DNA from: an uncultured delta proteobacterium
Lineage (GTDB): Bacteria; Desulfobacterota; Desulfomonilia; UBA1062
Assembly: GCA_963752595.1 (NCBI GenBank)
Contig: CAVVYZ010000020.1
Coordinates: 32,001-96,000, forward strand
DNA: 64,000 bases
Direction of reading: 5' to 3'
A program made the position numbers and the translations under genes. The first letter of the stretch is position 1. Every line of letters begins with the position of its first letter. Below are positions 62,671 through 64,000 of the stretch, piece by piece. The notes below the pieces were generated by a model, which worked only from the letters and a program-made list of their open reading frames with translations, made no database searches and was not told the DNA's origin.

Positions 62671-63828
62671 ATGAGCAGGAAGAGAGGTATGCTATACCGG
62701 CTTTTCATGGATGTCTTCGGTTTGATGCTTCTTGCCCTCGCTGCGCCTTCTTCAAGTTTTTCCGAAGGACGATCTCTCCCTGCCTGTGCCACCACGGAGT
62801 CTTTGAAAATCGATTTCAACCAGGAGAAGCTCAGTGCCTTCTGCCTTGTCATAGATGCCAGGAGCGAAGGCGAGCAGCAGGCGGATAGAGAAGCGGGAAG
62901 CCTCAAAGGCCCGGCGATCGTTTTTTTCCAGGGCCATGCCCAGAGGCCTTCGGATGCCTATGTGTTCACCTCGGGGCTCGCGTTACATTCCAGGTCCGGG
63001 ATCGTGGTTATCCCGGTGTGCGACACCCCTTATGGAGAGGACACTGCCTGGCGGGGAGACAGGGGCAAGGACGTGATCCTCATGGAGATCGTCAGGTGGA
63101 TGCTTGCAGCACGGGGTATCACGGTTGAAGGCTACTCTCCGCTGCCACACGATCCTGTCCGGATCAATGACAATTATACTGATGACGGGAAATGCCGGGT
63201 TCGCTCGGGGCTGATTGCCGTGGGCTGGTCTCACGGAGGGATCCTGGCAAGGAGGTTCGCCCACGCCTACCCGGCGTCGGTCAGTGCGCTCGGCCAGGTG
63301 TGCCCTGCCGGGTATGAGCATATGAGCCCGCTCAAACTTACCGGCAGGTTCGCCCTGGAATCCTTGAGGATCTCGAAGCTCACCGCATCCGGTCATGCGA
63401 GCGACACTTTACGGTCTGCCTGGGGCTTCACGAAAGGCTTCGTGGGTGACTTTGCCCGGTCGCTTCCCAACGCCGTGCTGTATGCGCAGCCCGAAAAGAT
63501 ATTCAGGACAAGCCGTGATATCAAGGACTGCACCCTCTACAGCGACAGTTCGCTTTTCAGCCTCGGACACCTGAAAGCGATCTCCGTGATCTTCGGCGCG
63601 GAAGATTCCTGCATGAGCCCGGGAAGGATACTGGGGACGGCAGAGCCCGGAATCCCGCCGCAGGAAAAAGCTTCGGCATTCTGGGAAAAATATTATGCCG
63701 ATGTCTCGCCGGACCGCACGAACCTTTCTTTGGCAATCCTGCCCGGTACCCACCTCGCACCTGTTTCCCACAGCGATCTTTATGTACCGAAACTCCTCGA
63801 GAATCTCGACCGGTCAGAGGGGTCTTGA
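62671..63828 (+). CDS. Exported alpha/beta hydrolase
   Basis: Signal-like N-terminus; FQGH, GWSHGG nucleophile elbow, GAED, GTH. Confidence 0.7.
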   Translation: MSRKRGMLYRLFMDVFGLMLLALAAPSSSFSEGRSLPACATTESLKIDFNQEKLSAFCLVIDARSEGEQQADREAGSLKGPAIVFFQGHAQRPSDAYVFTSGLALHSRSGIVVIPVCDTPYGEDTAWRGDRGKDVILMEIVRWMLAARGITVEGYSPLPHDPVRINDNYTDDGKCRVRSGLIAVGWSHGGILARRFAHAYPASVSALGQVCPAGYEHMSPLKLTGRFALESLRISKLTASGHASDTLRSAWGFTKGFVGDFARSLPNAVLYAQPEKIFRTSRDIKDCTLYSDSSLFSLGHLKAISVIFGAEDSCMSPGRILGTAEPGIPPQEKASAFWEKYYADVSPDRTNLSLAILPGTHLAPVSHSDLYVPKLLENLDRSEGS

Positions 63829-63853
63829 TCGGGAAGGAAGGGTTTTTCAGGGT

Positions 63854-64000
63854 ATGAAAAAAATCATCCGCTGGCCCCTGGTTGCATTTTTCATCATGAT
63901 GCTCATGGCCTTTCTCAGCTGGGAAAAGCAGCGCGATCTCCTCGAAGTGGTGAAGGTCTACGACGGGGATACCATCGAGTTGAAAGACGGAAGGAAGATC
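63854..64000 (+). CDS. Thermonuclease (SNase) family protein, partial
   Basis: TM then VVKVYDGDTIEL; runs off the window. Confidence 0.75.
   Translation, partial: MKKIIRWPLVAFFIMMLMAFLSWEKQRDLLEVVKVYDGDTIELKDGRKI

Noticed and set aside
61-64000. Many long antisense or alternate-frame ORFs (e.g. 3648..4823-, 14390..15637+, 26744..28192-, 35044..36090-)
   Set aside because: Shadow ORFs of high-GC coding genes, with no recognisable motifs
1-64000. CRISPR array, tRNA or rRNA genes, prophage, defence systems
   Set aside because: No regularly spaced repeats, cloverleafs or hallmark genes were seen by eye

Overview
GC-rich genomic DNA that looks like an anaerobic deltaproteobacterium (Desulfobacterota/Syntrophia-like; inferred from gene content only). 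In order: a 15-heme cytochrome c fused to a membrane (cytochrome b-like) part; a degraded IS200; an exported UGA-recoded (U-G-S-C) selenoprotein and a Tat-exported paralog lacking the Sec domain; FapA and pentapeptide genes; a glycosyltransferase/methyltransferase/hydrolase cluster resembling the mycobacterial methylmannose-polysaccharide (MMP) genes, extended by an acetyltransferase and a B12 radical SAM enzyme; an MMPL/RND transporter; ECF sigma/anti-sigma; folD-gcvT-gcvH-gcvPA-gcvPB; RNase P RNA; nadE; cheZ-like; T2SS gspF-N; a PRT/GGDEF/HAD operon; a structured palindromic intergenic region; a sigma54-driven flagellar block (fliK-flgDE, motA, two motB, fliLMNOPQR); mutS; a T2SSE_N-MinD/FlhG fusion. 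At least nine single-base frameshifts in otherwise intact genes suggest long-read consensus errors. All family assignments come from motif recognition by eye; no database searches were run.
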